From Podarcis muralis (Eukaryota), in contig NC_135655.1 of assembly GCF_964188315.1 (NCBI RefSeq), forward strand, positions 111,414,001 to 111,478,000: 64,000 nucleotides of DNA, given 5' to 3'. The translations under genes were made by a program, and so were the position numbers. How positions within the stretch are numbered: position 1 is the stretch's first letter; each line of letters opens with the position of its first letter. The notes beneath the pieces are model-generated. The model was not told the DNA's origin, searched no databases, and was given only the letters and a program-made list of their open reading frames with translations. Positions 1 through 13,056 of this stretch are shown here, piece after piece.

Positions 1-56
1 TTTGAGACTCCGTTGGGTAGTGATAAAGCGGGATATCAAATCCAAACTCCTCTTCT
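1..56 (+). mobile_element. 3' tail of MIR-derived Squam3-like SINE (cut by window start)
   Basis: Matches the 3' end of the full copies at 24585 and 27294 (tttgagactcc...gggatatcaaatccaaactc). Confidence 0.85.
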
Positions 57-129
57 ATGTACCAAAGGAAAGGTTACTGGATGCAAATAGTACATCACAT
101 CTAGAATCCACAGTTGGAGGGTCCTAGTA

Positions 130-250
130 CAGGGATGGTGAACCTGTGACCCTCCAGATAGTCTTGGACTCCAACTCCCATCAACCCCAGCCAGCATGGA
201 CAATAGTCAGTGATGATGGGAGTTGTAGTCCAGCAACCTCTCCCCATCCT
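130..250. mobile_element. Small palindromic MITE (hAT-like); relatives near 2870, 8520, 18000, 31560, 44600, 63245
   Basis: cagggatgg...ccccatcctg termini; internal inverted caactcccatca/tgatgggagttg motif recurring across the window. Confidence 0.6.
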
Positions 251-259
251 GGAATGTCT

Positions 260-660
260 TAGACATTTGAGGTTGCCGTGGTCCAGAAACACATTTACAA
301 CAGAGATAAAGGATATTATGTTGTGTCGAAGTCTTCGGGTTTGGCCACATTTCTTGACAGCTTGGATTTATGAGTCAATTTGTACAGTAGAGATACATCT
401 CATCCACAAGTGTACAAGATCTTAGGAGTCCTAGCGTTTTGCAACTTCTAAGTGAAGTGCAGCCATCAAGGAGATTATCAGGTCTTAACAAAGAGGTAAA
501 CCTGTATACCCAGTCTCTTCTGAAAGCTTATGAGCTAATCTCTTAATGGATGCAATGGGGCCACTATTCAGGTGCCTTCAGCTCTGCAGTTCTCTGATCT
601 CTTATGAAATATAACTTTGCTTTTAGCATTTTGATTCTCATAGATTTTTCTAAGGATATC
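260..660 (-). pseudogene. Highly degenerate L1-type reverse transcriptase remnant
   Basis: Minus-strand translation across stops/frameshifts gives ILRKIYENQNAK, GT*IVAPLHPL (cf. GTRQGCPLSPL) and LVDEMYLY (cf. ADDMILY) in the expected order. Confidence 0.35.
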
Positions 661-1930
661 AACTTTGTTTCCAATTTAAAGAATGTGCAACATGCAGCAT
701 TGAGCATGCGGATATTTGAGCTCTTACATTTTTATTGTTTACCATAAAGAAGCACTTAGGAAAATTGGAACACATTATGTTCATGTATTTACACTGCATG
801 GAAAGCACTATTAGAAATGTCACTGTTTTTACATTGATGAAAAATAAGATTAACAACTTAAGGAAGCACAGTGCACAAGGTCTGCTGTTCAAGATTTGTC
901 ATTGGGATTTTTATTCTGTTTAATTTTGCTGGGGGGGGTTCAGTGTCATTTGAACATCTTTTTAATTCTTTATTTATTTCCAATTAATCGAATGACCTTT
1001 ATCTATTTCCAAATAATCACAATCATACCCAAACCATATCAATTTCAGTGAGAGAGTTAATGTTGAGTAAACCTTCATACTATGGACTCAGCTACATTAG
1101 TAAAGAAAAAGCGTTTAAAATGTGTTATAACACTGATACCTCAGATGGCGCTGTGGAATTCCATCTTTTGGCAACGTGATTTCCCATTATGAGGTTTACA
1201 ACACCTTTTCCTTATTATTATTTTTTAATGTGCCTAAATCCAGCCTATATCTCAAGCCCTGTTCAGGTGTTGTTCCCCACTGCATAAGGGGAAGTGTGGG
1301 GAGAGTGTTCCCTGGACCAGCAACTCAATCACATTCTCACAAGACTCCACATGAACTTGTGCAGTGGTGAGTCTTTTCCACTCTGTGTGGCTGAGGCCAT
1401 ATCTGCACCATGCATTCAAAGCATTTTTATATCACTTTAAAAGCCATGGTTTCTCTTCCGCCTCGAAGAATCCCAGGATCTGGTGAAGGGTGCTGAGAGC
1501 TATCATTAGGAGAACCTTATTCCCCTCTAACAAAGCTACAGTTTCCAGAGTTTCCTAGGAAGAGGGGTTGACTTTTAAACCATATTGTGAATTGTAGTTC
1601 TATGAGGGGAATGGGGCCCTCTAACAACTCTCAACACTTTTAGCAAACTGGATTCTTTCAGACAGGGAACCACGACTGATAAAGTGCTGAGATGAGAAGT
1701 CTGGAGATGATCCTCCAGACTTCTGAACAGTGTGAAGAGCCTTGCATGCTGCTATGTTTTACTCAGAGTAGAGCCACTGAAATTGATGACCCCAGGTTAG
1801 CCATGCCTGTTAATTGCAATGGGTCTACTCTGAGTTGGACTTGCACTGAATGCAACTCTGAATGAGAGGTGCAAGCTCCCTGCTGCAGAAGAGCAACCCT
1901 CTCAGCATGTGGAGGAGTGCAAAAGCAGTG

Positions 1931-2300
1931 GTGATGATGATGATGATGATGATGATGATAATTTATCATTTATACCCCACCCATCTGGCTGGGTTTCCCC
2001 AGCCACTCTGGGCAGCTCCTGACAGAATATTAAAAACATGATAAAACATCAACATTTAAAAGCTTCCCTAAACAGGGCTGCCTTCAGATGTCTTCTCAAA
2101 GTCAGATAGTTGAATATTTCCTTGACATCTGATGGGAGGGCATTCCACAGGGCGGGTGCCACTACCAAGAAGGCCCTCTGCCTGGTTCCCCGTAACCTCA
2201 CAGGAAGGGAACTGCCAGAAGGCCCTCGGAGCTGGACCTCAGTATCTGGGCTGAATGATGGGGGTGGAGATGCTCCTTCAGATATACTGGGCCGAGGCTG
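1931..2300 (-). mobile_element. L2-clade LINE 3' end with (ATC)n tail
   Basis: Near-identical to copies at 11284 and 41084; minus frame reads QRAFLVVAPALWNALP (L2 ORF2 end). Confidence 0.85.
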
Positions 2301-3369
2301 CCTCTGATGCAGCACAGGGGTCTGAGCCAAATATCCCTCTCCCTCTCTCCCCCTATCTGATCGCAATGGTGCAGGGTGAAAAATAGGGTTTTTCTGACCA
2401 GAATCAATGGAAGTGGAAAGTGTTTATCTGCAGCTATATTGTGCACTATATTTTCTGATTAGCTTCATGTTGTGGTTTTTCTTTATCCATCAGGGGCTCA
2501 TAATTCATAGGGAACTGCAACTGTAAATGCTATTTAGTTGAATGCAACTTGAACACCAAAACAATTTAAAAAGTGAAATGCAAGACACAGTTCTGGGTAG
2601 ACCCACACCAGCACATTTAGTGCACATTTAAAGAACATGACTTCTCATAGTTAATCTTGGGAACTGTAGCTTGTTAAGAGTGCTGGGAATCACAGTTTTG
2701 TGGTGGGAAACTACACTTCCCAAGATTCTTTTGAGGAAGTCATGTGCTTTAAATGTTGGTTGGTTGTGCTTTAGATGTATGGTGTGGTTGGAGGCAGCAG
2801 AAGTTAATCTCACCTCCAGAACAGCACACATGGGAAGGAAGAAAGTGGTAAGACAGTCAATCAGGAGTAGCCAACGGGGTGTTCTCCATGTACTGTTAGA
2901 CTACAACTCCCATCAGCCCTTGTCAGCATGGCCAATGGTCATGAATGATGGGAACTAGAGTCCAACAACATCCAAAGGACACCACATTGGCTACCTCTAG
3001 ACTAGCTTATCCACACAATTGGCCAGCGATGCTGTGGCATCCTTTTGGGCAAAAGCTAATTAGAATTGGTATAATGGAGAAAATGGGGGGGAAGAGGCCA
3101 GAAGCTGCTTTGATATTTCCAATAATATCACTTAGGAAAACTGAGGTGAGAAGAAAACAATTCAAATGTGATTAACACTGAGGGACATGGTGATGCAATA
3201 TGAAGGAACATGCAGAGAGGATAGAGATTTGAAATATGAATCTAATTGGGAAGAAAGTCTTGCATTTCAATCTCATAGTAGAGATGGACAGATCAATCAG
3301 TTGCCAGTCCATGACACTTTCACATGCCCCCATTCCTAATTCACAAGTCTTCTGTTAATGTGTAAGTCC

Positions 3370-3705
3370 CTTGATGATTTGGGTCCAGGATCAGTGAGGT
3401 CTTTGGGGGAGACTCTGTTAGTGGTCCTCCATGGCTCAGATGCATAGCTCACAACCACCAGGAACCATGCATTGAATACTGCGGGCCCAATCCTGTGGAT
3501 AGGCCTCCACCCTCTTGAACTTCTGGCACTTGGTGAAGACCATTCTTATTTTACCAGGCATATTAAATAAGTTTTTTTTTCTGATTGTGTGAGTTAATTT
3601 TAACTGATCTGTCTTTATTGTATGTTTTGTTATTGTACATCCCTTAGAGGCTATACTGTTAAGTGATATATAAATTGCCAAAAATAATAACATTAACAAT
3701 AAGAA
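3370..3705 (+). mobile_element. Older L2-clade LINE 3' fragment
   Basis: Decayed L2-like 3' sequence ending in an A-rich tail. Confidence 0.45.
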
Positions 3706-6700
3706 ATCCATTCCATCCCATTATGACATCAATTTGCCATTTTAAAAAAATCTTCATGAGACTAGTCATTATTTAAACATGTATTTTTCCAAATATGCAT
3801 TGTTGACTCATGTATCTTATCATAAAACATGCAATTCGAGTGTATCTTTTGAGCCAAAATCTGAATTGCAAAATCTGAAGAAATGTGGATTTTGTAGGAT
3901 TAGTGCTTATTAGTGCAAAATCCTGAGGATAACTATGTTTCGATCCACACATTAGCCTGGGAGGTGTAGGTTAAATCAGTTTGTATCAGAATTTGCAAAG
4001 TCCTCAAGCATCCCTATCTCAGAGTAACATGTTTTACAGATACAAGACTGGCCCTAGAGAGTCTATGCATATTACGTTGATAGAACATCGATAGAAGTTT
4101 TGTGTTAACACTGCTACATTCCACTTAAGATTTTTTCAATAAATAGTACCAGCACAGCTACTGCACATATAATCAAAAAGAGACTGACTTCATACTTATT
4201 TGGTGGTAGTATAAATATGCAGGATTCTTCTGGAAAGATATTTCTGGGAAATGTAAAAGAGATAATTGGATATGAAATCCCATTAAGACCCGCAGTAATT
4301 CACTGGGTAACTCTACCATTAGAATATTGTGGGGGAAATGCACAGGAATCTAGTTGGGGGTTAATTAAGTGCTGCCCAAAGCTTGCTCACAAAATACTGG
4401 AAGCAGAGAAAACTACCTGCCTTCAATGAAGGTATTGATTAAGAAACTGTTGCATAGCACAGTAGCATTTACACATTTTGAAGGCATCTGGGAAAGCTAA
4501 ATTTACTCTGGTGAGTTCCTCTTAGAACAATCAAGTCCTAATATTTATATGAATTTTTGCCCTGCTTTCTACTGCATAGGCATGACTCATGGTGGCTCAC
4601 AAAAAAACCAAAAACAGATGGCAAATTTATAATAAAACCCCAATATCAAAACAAAATGCAGACAATTCAAGAAAATACACCAGAGTACCATAGAACAGCA
4701 TAGAATAGAATACACATTAGAATACATACAAATAAGTGGAGAAAATCTGAGGAGGGATTTACAGTTGCCTTGGAGCCATGTTTTCTAGCTTCCATAGAGT
4801 CAGTGTGGAAATAGTTATACAGTATCAGGGACCTCTAGCGAGGGACAAAGGTAAATGGCATAAATTATTGAGTGTTTGTTGTTCTGAATAGCTTTTTTGC
4901 ACACCGCCCCCTCCCCCTTGATTTTCCATGCCTTTCACTCTTCCCTCTTGGGTTGCTTTTGTTTTAATTTTGATTATGTATTTTGTATTTTTATATTGCG
5001 ATTTTATCCTGTGAACTTCCCTGAGACCTGCAGGTATAGGGTGGTCTACAAATTTAAATAATAATAATAATAATAATAGATGCAGGGCTGGAAGATAGCA
5101 CTAGACAGACAGTCAGCACTCACTATGATATGTGTGCTTCTGTGGTCGCTCAAGATTGCTTGCATTATTCTAATTATATGTTAAAAAATCAATAAAGGTT
5201 AAATATTAAGATGTTGATTAATCTGAAGAAATAAGATTAGCTTCAGTTTACTAATCTGGTTTTAAGGGTGATTGTTTAAGGGTGTGATCCTGTGCTAGAG
5301 ATAAGCCGGCTGAGAATTCAGTTGAAGTCCTGCTGTGCCAATGGAAAATTAGCTGTGCTGCTGCAGTGACAGAGATGCCAAAAAAACATGGTGCTGGTAA
5401 AGCCATTCTGCCAATCACTGGCGGAATGAATGAAATGGGGTGGAATCCTAGGCAGAACTTGGGTCCTGGATGATTTATTGTAAACCACAATATTTCAAAA
5501 TCTCTAAGTAGCAAACAACAACAACCTACAGTAAAAGACTATTAATATTATTATTATTTAAAGAATTCAGTAATAACAGGGTGCAGTCCTATGGACAGGG
5601 TAAACCTGAACAAAAAATTATGTCTTTACAAGCAAATGATAGATGATGCTTCATGTATGGGAGTGGGAAGGGACAATTAAAAATTCCTGTTCCCAGGCCG
5701 TCCACTATAGTTTAGGATGAGAGAGTCCTTCATTGGCTGCTTATGTTTACCTGGTCAGGTGTGTCAATTAGTGCCTGGTGGCTGTCCACTTCTTTCACAC
5801 AAGGAATTTGGTCAAAACAGCAGAATGTGTGGAAAGTAACATAGCTAAGTAATAAGTAGGTGAGTGTTCTTGATGGTGATGGGGGAATCTTGAGGCTTAC
5901 CAATCAGAGGTGTACAACACAGGGAATGGGATACGTAACCCCTTTGAGGCCAACTTGTCTCTCTCACCAAGAGTTATGGAAGAGAGAGAGACTCAACCCC
6001 TGAACAGGTGTGGTCCAAGGGAAGGAAGCGTTTGAGAAGTGAATAACTACAAGATGGCTCCTGCGTAGTAAGTACCTCACACAGAGGGTGGGATCAAAAG
6101 AATGAGTTCCATCAGCAGAACCCCACACTAGGAATTCTACTTGTGCAATGGGGCTTTCCCCCTCTCTTCCCCCCACGTACATGCCCTGAAATTGGATTGG
6201 GAGGTGGAAGAACCCCCCCAAAAAACAGCACATGGGTGGAGAAGGAGGGGCAATTCCATCTGACAAACTGAAAAGCTTGCATTGATGGAACGATGCCCAT
6301 AGCCTCCCAGCTTCAGGATTGGTGCTGATCCTGTAAAGTAAAATGCAGTTTTGTCCCTAGTTAAACCAATGGCATATATCTTATCTTGTCCTTCTGGTTG
6401 TGATCACAATCGTATAGTTCTGTCCTTCCATTGTTTAGGACTGCTAGAGAACCAGAAGACAAATAACCTTTGGATATCATTCATTAGCATCCACCATATC
6501 TCTTTCTACAGACAGTTGGCATTGAACTGGCACCCTGGGTTCACCTTGCTGAGTACTTTGCTCTTGGAAAGACTGTTCCAATTAATATGCACTGATATTG
6601 CTTCCCCACCCCCAAGCATCGTATTGGGCCTTAAAATGAAAGATAATGCAATTTTCCGTTACTTAATGTGACCCTTTTTGGGATGCATTGAAGATCTGAT

Positions 6701-7303
6701 GGCAATTTTTCATTTTACTGCTCAAGTATAAGATGGCCATTCACATTTAATCATATCAACAGATTACCTCAATGAATACAAATGCGTTATATAATCTTTA
6801 AATAAATGAATATCAATATGTTCTAGAGTAACCAAGGTAATTGCATATTGATAACAGTTATTATCATATGTCATGGTTGCCAGCAGAAAATGCACTTGTA
6901 TTTTTTTAATAAGGTGCAATAAGATGGTCTATTTTGAGCTGATAGAAAAGCTATTTCCCATACATAATATGGCATCATTTTAATATAGCCGACAGACCCA
7001 GAGCATAGATAAAATGCAAAATGTAAACTTGTGAATTGCAAGATTTTATAGTCTTTTGAAACTGGGCTGGATATTACGAAGGCCTTAGCATAGCTAATAT
7101 GTAGAGGAGTCATTATCTGAAGCAGGCTGCAGAAGTTTCCATTCCGCTCACCCACCATAGCTGATAACAGGAACAAGCCCATTACTATGAATTTATACAA
7201 CAAGATATAGATCAGATTTGGTGTTGTACTTTATTACAGTTTGCAAAGTAATCTGAAAGACACTAGAGAAAGAAGAAGAAAATTCTACTCAAATATTTTT
7301 CTT

Positions 7304-7307
<4 letters not shown>

Positions 7308-7367
<60 letters not shown>
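7308..7367. repeat. (CT)n(CA)n compound microsatellite
   Basis: Read directly. Confidence 0.95.
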
Positions 7368-7374
<7 letters not shown>

Positions 7375-8675
7375 AACACCTACGCAGGTGTCTTATCCGT
7401 AACAATGAGCCATGCGTTCCATTCTGCAACAACGCTTTCATGCTCTCTCTTCCTGCTGTAGCCCCTTGTGCCTTCCAAAAAGCCATTTTTAAGGATTGGG
7501 GACCTGCAACATGATGTGTGATGAAGGAAATTTGGTGGCATTGGGATTTGAATGAGCAGAAATTGATGAGCTCTGCCTGCTTGCGCTTCTTCGTTTGATT
7601 GTGGAGGCTCTTCGGATACAAGCCAATGTGTTTGGCAATATCAAGTCCTAAAGCATAAAAGGTCTCCCAAAAGTGGGCCAGAATTCCTCTTTGATGAACA
7701 CAAGAAGCTCTGTGCAGGCAACATGCCACATTCAATGAAAGCATACTGTGCCATGTATGATTAGGCCCCTATCCTAATAGGTTCATCCAACCTATTGAAC
7801 ACAACCTATGTACTTTGTTCAGAAGGTTGGGTGCAAGAACAGAGGTTCATTGAGAGGTCTGTGGCTGTGCTCCTCACCTTCCTTCCGCATGTTCCTCTTT
7901 GCAACAAATCTCTCTTGTCATTATATATGAGTGCAGCACATAAAACAGACACTGTACTTCATTTTCCTCGCCTTACCATTAATGGACAATTTGGCACTTT
8001 TTTCTTTTGCTTTAAAAAAAGCCCCTATAACACTTGTTATTCCTGCAACAAGATGTGAGGGCATGCTCACAGCCCAAATGTTGACAGCATAAATGCTGCA
8101 CACATTTCTGATGCGGCAAAGGCAACATGAGATTATTTCATCTCATTAGTTTTATACATTTGCCCTAAGCCTGATAGAGGTAATACTCAGCAGGCTTCCT
8201 CCAGCCGCTGTCCTTGTTGAGATGAATGTACAGTAACTCCCCTGCCCAGCTCAGTAGCTGGGACTCTAGACACTTAGCCTAGCCCTGGTTAGATTAACTT
8301 AGTGGAGTTGGAGAACTGGGGAAACAATCACATCTGGTAACCAATGCTCCCCTTGGGTTTCAGACAGTAAGTGGGTAGATGAGTCTAAAAAGCCTGCAAT
8401 GGAAATTTTCACGGCCCTCTAGCGGCTATAGTGGCTAATGTAATGTATTTAGTGTTAACTCTGGACATGTATACTCGATTCTGATCAAACTAAGCCTCCT
8501 AGAGGCCGTTGATGGTACTAGCTGGGGCTGATGGGAGTTGGAGCCCAATATTTGACTTGGCAGCACATTGACTATCCCTGATCTAAGATGGCTTTATAAT
8601 CTGTTTTTGGCACAGCATTATAAAGAAGAAATGAAAAAGAGGCATAGTGGAGGAAAATACCATGTATCGAAACAA

Positions 8676-8822
8676 TGGTTCACCCACAATTCATATCACA
8701 CACTGAATAATTAGCATCAACTATGTAAGCAGTTTGATAAATACATTTTGGTTCACCCACAATTCATATCACACACTGGATAACTAGTATCAGCTATGCA
8801 AACAGTTTGATAAATACATTTT
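8676..8822. repeat. 73-bp direct tandem duplication (2 copies)
   Basis: tggttcacccacaattcatatcacacactg...gataaatacatttt at 8676 and 8749. Confidence 0.95.
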
Positions 8823-10199
8823 CCCAATAACTTCTCAATATGAGGCCTATCCAAAACTCTATTTCAGTAAAACAACTTAATCAGGAACACTAGTGATATG
8901 AGAATGGGATGTAGAAATTTTCCTGTTTCACAATGAAATGCAAGTGTATATTCTGAAAAATGGTGCCCTTATTATACAGCATGATTGCAAGCACGTTTCT
9001 CCCGATGAAAATACCGCTGCGTTCAACTACCTATGTGTAAATGAATGTAAGATGGAAACCATGGAGATATGTACATCTGTACTTTTTAAAAAATCATCCT
9101 AAAACCATTTTTAAAGTCTTCTGCTCTAATAATTTGTTTTTAGTTTCTTTTTGTTGTTGTTGTTGGTAAATAACCCTCCATGCCTTATTTCATAGAGATG
9201 AAAAAGTCATTGATTAGCAGCTACTTCTTGCATTCATAACAAATAATGTCTGAATTTCAGTGTGTGCAACTTTCAGCCTAGCCCTACAGACTGACTTCTG
9301 ACAGGGCTGGGTGGGGCTCTTGTGCAATAAAAACTGGATCGTGCTAAAGTTTGGCATGAAAATTTATTTATCTCCGTGTGCTCAGCTGAGAAACACTGTT
9401 GACCTTAAACAGTACAATCCTTTACATGTCTGCTGAAAAGATAGCCAAGTCCATGGACGATTGTTCCCAGGTAAATGTTCATATGTGTGTGTGTGTGTGT
9501 GTAGGATTGTAGTCAAACAGTGCAAACATAGGCATGTCTACTCAAAAGCAAACTTCACTAAATTAATTGGAACTTACTCCTAGTCAGTATGTGTAGAATT
9601 CTAGTAACTTGTGCATAAGCGTGCTTGCTCAAAAATTAATCCACACAATATTGAATAGGCTTTACTCCCGGGTAAATATCCACATGACTACAACCCTAGG
9701 ATTCAAGAAGATCCAATAATTCTGATCAACAAAATCCCCCACTCCCCCCCCCCGGCAAGGCTTTTCCATTTGTTTCACTAGCATAAGAAAAGGATTTGTC
9801 ATAATACCCTTCAAATGTTCACTCTTTCCATCTTTTACTAGTTTGTGCTGTCAGCACTCTCAAAATGCCTTTTCCCAACAAACCTTCCCATCCTTCACTT
9901 CTAATAAATTGGTATCTATCCTAATAATTAGCTGTTCAGGATTTTTCTGTGTTTTATGGTAGTGTCACTTTTCTGCATGAATGCTCTTGTCCAAATTGTG
10001 CCTGATGTTTGCATCTATTCCAGCTTGATATGTTTTTCAGTATCTGTGTTTCTAACATCAGCTTATGCAATTGTGTAGCAAATAAATAGATGTATGTAGA
10101 ATGAATTTGGAGGCTGTGTGGAATCAGTTATGAATTAATGAGATCAGGGATGATCAGGATTCGTATTAATAACTTCAGGATCAACAACACAAAGGTTGT

Positions 10200-10580
10200 G
10201 TGAAAACAAAACAAAACAATGACATATGGATTTGAGGACTGAAGATAATGTTGATTTATAGAAAGTGGGTTTTTTGGGTGTTATCTTGGAGTGGATGAAG
10301 CGACTATTGTTTATATATCGCAGACAGATGAAGAATCAGAAGTTCTTTAATTTCTGTGTTTTATCTTTTCTATTTTCTCTTTCAGGTTCTTTCTTCTTAT
10401 CGTTTTTTCTCGGGGGGTTTTCCTCTCTTCTCTTCTTTTCTTTTCTCCTTTCCTTTTTCTTTTCCTCTTTCCCTCTTATGTTTTTATTTTATTTAGATTA
10501 ATATTGGATAAAAAAGATAGCTTAATTAAGTTTTGTATCTCTCTTTACAGGCGCTAATAAAATTTATTCAAAGAAAAGAA
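10200..10580 (+). mobile_element. Probable L1 3' end/3' UTR fragment
   Basis: T-rich UTR-like tract ending aataaaatttattcaaagaaaagaag; architecture like the L1 at 57370. Confidence 0.35.
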
Positions 10581-10669
10581 GAGGGATTGACACCATTTAG
10601 GTTCATTTCCCAACCAGCCAGTTTTATGCATATTTTTGGAGTGCTTCTATGTTCCACAAGCAGATTACA

Positions 10670-10935
10670 GAACCAGTTGATAGTGATACTTTCCAACTTG
10701 GATGGCTTTAAAAGAAGATTAGACAAGCTACTAGTCATGATGACTTATCCACGACCTCCAGCATCAGAGCTGCCACGTGAATCTGATACCAGTTGTTGGG
10801 GTACCAAAGCATTGCACTCAGGTCTTGCTTGTGAACGCCCCACAGGCATCCGCTTGGCTGTTGTGAGACCAAGATACTGGACAACCAGACTGGCCGTTGA
10901 CCTGATCCAGAAGTGCTTTTCTTATATTCTTTATT
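10670..10935 (+). mobile_element. CR1 LINE 3' end
   Basis: aacttggatggctttaaaagaagattagacaag...gacctgatccag...ttcttatattctt; same motifs at 28.8 and 46.3 kb. Confidence 0.75.
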
Positions 10936-11281
10936 AAATGAAGTGCACTCAGTTGCTTCAATCAAGGTGAGTGAAAAGCAACTCAGACTGCAGGCATCCC
11001 ATCAGCTACAATTAAGCCTGCTTTTCAGAGACTGTGACCAAAAAAATGGTGGGGGAAAATTAAACACAGCTATTTACATCCAGCTTACAATGGTAGCCTG
11101 GAGTAGAGATGTGAGGATCATCTTTTCTTCCCTTTGATAAATTTTGCTAGCATTACCAACTCTCAGTATGCTTCCATCAGAACTCCTCGGATGTTTATAC
11201 CAAGCAAGCCCTTCCAAATTCATCTCTGGATTTCACTTTCAGTCAAAATTCTGCTACCAGAATTTATTCTATGTTCATTCT

Positions 11282-11283
<2 letters not shown>

Positions 11284-11332
<49 letters not shown>

Positions 11333-11637
11333 TCATACCCTGCCCATCTGGGCGGCTCCCAACAGAATATTAAAAATATGATAAAACAAATAAACATTAA
11401 AAACTTTCCTAAACAGGGCTGCCTTCAGGTATCTTCTAAAAGTCGGATAATTGTTTGTTTCCTTGACATCTGATGGGAGGGTGTTCCACAGGGCGGGTGC
11501 CACTACCGAGAAAGCCCTCTGCCTCATTCCCTGTAATTTGGCTTCTTGCAATGAGGGAACTGCCAGAAGGCCCTTAGAGCTGGACCTCAGTGTCCATGCC
11601 GAACAATGGAGGTGGAGACGCTCCTTCAGGTATACTG
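11284..11637 (-). mobile_element. L2-clade LINE 3' end with (ATT)n tail
   Basis: Homologous to 1931-2300; minus frame QRAFSVVAPALWNTLP. Confidence 0.85.
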
Positions 11638-12769
11638 TTTGTTCAGAATGTTTTCAATTTTCTACAAAATAGCACTAAAGCAATAGCTTAGGCCTCAAAA
11701 TGGAGAGAAGACTAATCTCTCCCTCTTTAATACTTAAAAAGAGAGAGATATGGTTAATCTAAGTAATGATTTAAATGTGGAGCTAAAAAAAACCTCAGGA
11801 GCTCTTCATGTAGTGTGTGGATATATAACAGTCTGAATATATCCATACATAATTAGACAGGTGTATAAAGACAGGCAGGAGGCTTCATCCCATGATTAAC
11901 AAGAAATGAGCTGTGATTATTTTATTTTACTTTTTTGAAAAAAAGTAAAGTAAAGTAAAATGCCTTAAACATGAGAATTTATTTGCAGTCATTTAAGTCA
12001 CCTAGTTCTAAATCCAAGACCTTTGATCATATTTAATCCTGTCGAAAGGCTGAATTGTAATCAGACCAAGATCCATTATATTGTGGGGCTGTAGTACCGG
12101 TGCATGACAGAATGCTATTTTCCATTAGTTCATTGTTGCAGGTAATACAAATGTTGGATGTGCTTAATAGCTCCCTGCCCACCCCCCTTCTATTGCATTT
12201 TAGGACTGGTCACTAATGTGAATTTTTGCTTGTTCTTAAATAAATTAATTAAAGTGCTCAGGTCCATTTCTTTTTTTAAAAAACACACGAAAAAGCTTGA
12301 CACTCATTTGCAACATCAGCAAAATTCAACAATCAGGACATCATTCCAAATTACAACTTCTTAGTAACAGCAACCGCATGTCCTCTCTGTCTGATGAAAA
12401 TGGATGTTTACAGGGTCTTTTGACTTGGGATTGATTTCCTTAATAGTTTTTATTGAGCTATGAAGAATTTCTCTCCGGCACCAGGATGCCTGTAAGAGTT
12501 TTACGAAAGGAGACTTGGAAGTTTTCTTTCGAAGGCCTCACTCGTGGAAAGCAGTTTTGCATGGCACCTAAGGTCAGCTCTCCAAATGGCATATTTATTT
12601 ATCTATTTGTCTATAAATGTATTTATAGGCTGCCTTTATGAGCACACCCTAATCCCATTTTCTTGATGCACTTTACTGAATATTATATCAGCAGCTTGGT
12701 GGAATAAGGGAAGGGCGTTGCTTAGAAAATTGCACTAAATTTAAAGAATGGGTTCATATCTACTGTAGT

Positions 12770-12920
12770 GGCTGCATGGTGTAGCCTGAGGAAAGTCACT
12801 ATCTCTGAGCCTCAGTTCCCAATTTATAAAACGGAAGCAAGAGTGACCTCCTTCCATCATAGGGTGATTCTTAGAAGAAGACGCGATAGAGATGGGAAAG
12901 TGATTTGCAGATTTCAAATG
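12770..12920 (+). mobile_element. MIR/CORE-SINE fragment
   Basis: aaagtcactatctctgagcctcagttcccaatttataaaac matches the CORE motif. Confidence 0.55.
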
Positions 12921-13056
12921 CCTGTGCAAATGCTAAGTGATAACACCACTATGCAGCCACCTACATGAGATTTGTTCTTATAATACATGAGATTTGTTCT
13001 TATAGTACACCAATCCTCAGACATTGGGACTGAGGGCCATTCTTCAGGTCACATCT

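Noticed and set aside
1763-1969. ORF with poly-His (similarly poly-Asn, poly-Leu, CV and RE ORFs elsewhere)
   Set aside because: Translations of microsatellites
8911-9103. Peptide VYILKNGALII...YLCV resembling an Ig strand pattern
   Set aside because: Spacing does not fit an Ig domain, short frame, no partner exons
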